Shown in pieces: positions 36,651 to 37,376 of a stretch of DNA of 37,376 nt. Made by a program: the position numbers and the translations under genes. How positions within the stretch are numbered: position 1 is the stretch's first letter; every line of letters begins with the position of its first letter. The notes under the pieces were generated by a model. It made no database searches. It was given only the letters and a program-made list of their open reading frames with translations, and was not told the origin of the DNA. Source of the DNA: Octopus bimaculoides (taxonomy: Eukaryota); NCBI RefSeq assembly GCF_001194135.2, contig NC_068982.1, forward strand, positions 143,190,699 through 143,228,074, written 5' to 3'.

Positions 36651-37165
36651 ATATAACAGCAGCAGCTTCAGCAGCAACCTGTTTCCCTTTAAGGCTGTAG
36701 CTTCATATTAATCTCCTTAAGCCCACTCACATTTCTAATATTCCTGGGCTGACAAAGATCCCCAAGACTGAACCAATTAATATCCTATTCGATATAATCG
36801 AAAACAAAAGTAGAAAAAAATTTCGACAGCCATAAACACTTTGAATGTGATGGAACAGGAATACCACTCCAAGCGTTATAAAGGCGTCCACTTAGTAAAT
36901 TGGTTATTTTTTCTGAAATCAGAATGACCTTGCGATAATATATAGGGAGGATCTGACCCTACTAAGAACATCTCCTTTGTTTCATGTCACGACAAGCAAA
37001 TGTATCATCTGGTGTTATCTTCAGTTCAGTAATTCTATCGCATTGCGTGGCTGAAATGTGACGTCATTTCACTTCTTTCTTTTTCCTTCAAAAGCTGGCA
37101 GTGAGTTCTTGGTTATATTCTCATCAACTCGCCATGATTTATGAACGTTTATTAGACGGCGTATT

Positions 37166-37376
37166 AAGGCGGCGAGCTGGCAGAATAGTTTGTACACTGG
37201 GTGAAATGTTTAACGGTACTTCGCCCGTCGCTACGTTCTGAGTTCAAATTCCGCCGAGGTCGACTTTTCCTTTCATCCTTTCGGGGTCAATAAATTAAGT
37301 ACCAGTTGCGTACTGGGTCGATCTGATCGACTGGCTCCCCTTCCACAATTTCGGTCCTTGTGCCTCGAGAAGAAAA
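37166..37376 (+). mobile_element. tRNA-derived SINE family A, near full length
   Basis: A-box-like TGGCAGAATAG, B-box GAGTTCAAATTCC (37240-37252), 3' GTCGATCTGATCGAC hairpin and CCTTGTGCC end. Families A, B and C may correspond to published octopus tRNA-SINEs (OK/OR1/OR2), but I cannot assign which. Confidence 0.9.

Noticed and set aside
20661-37066. Perfect CRE sites TGACGTCA at 20661 and 37059
   Set aside because: Two 8-mers in ~32 kb of called bases is compatible with chance, and there is no promoter context.
28711-37260. tRNA genes suggested by A/B-box motifs
   Set aside because: The motifs are SINE heads that continue into SINE bodies; no complete cloverleaf was seen.

Overview
AT-rich, microsatellite-rich animal genomic DNA with ten N gaps (about 5 kb in total). 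The SINE families and repeat landscape point to an octopus genome; this is inferred from recognised repeats, not from a search. No host protein-coding gene is supported, so the window looks intronic or intergenic. It contains: the 3' end of an RTE-type LINE ORF ending in three C2H2 zinc fingers (2-670); two decayed CR1/L2-like LINE pieces; a fossil hAT transposase split by four SINE insertions; an uninterrupted Merlin/IS1595-family DDE transposase ORF (16771-17622, minus) with abnormal ends; a decayed, 3'-truncated Ty3/gypsy element with 5' LTR and tRNA-Ser PBS (29069-~31345); about 15 copies or fragments of three tRNA-derived SINE families (labelled A, B, C here); two copies of a Penelope-type repeat carrying a minimal hammerhead-ribozyme motif; and a ~145 bp near-perfect hairpin. 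All features were read by eye and boundaries of decayed elements are approximate.
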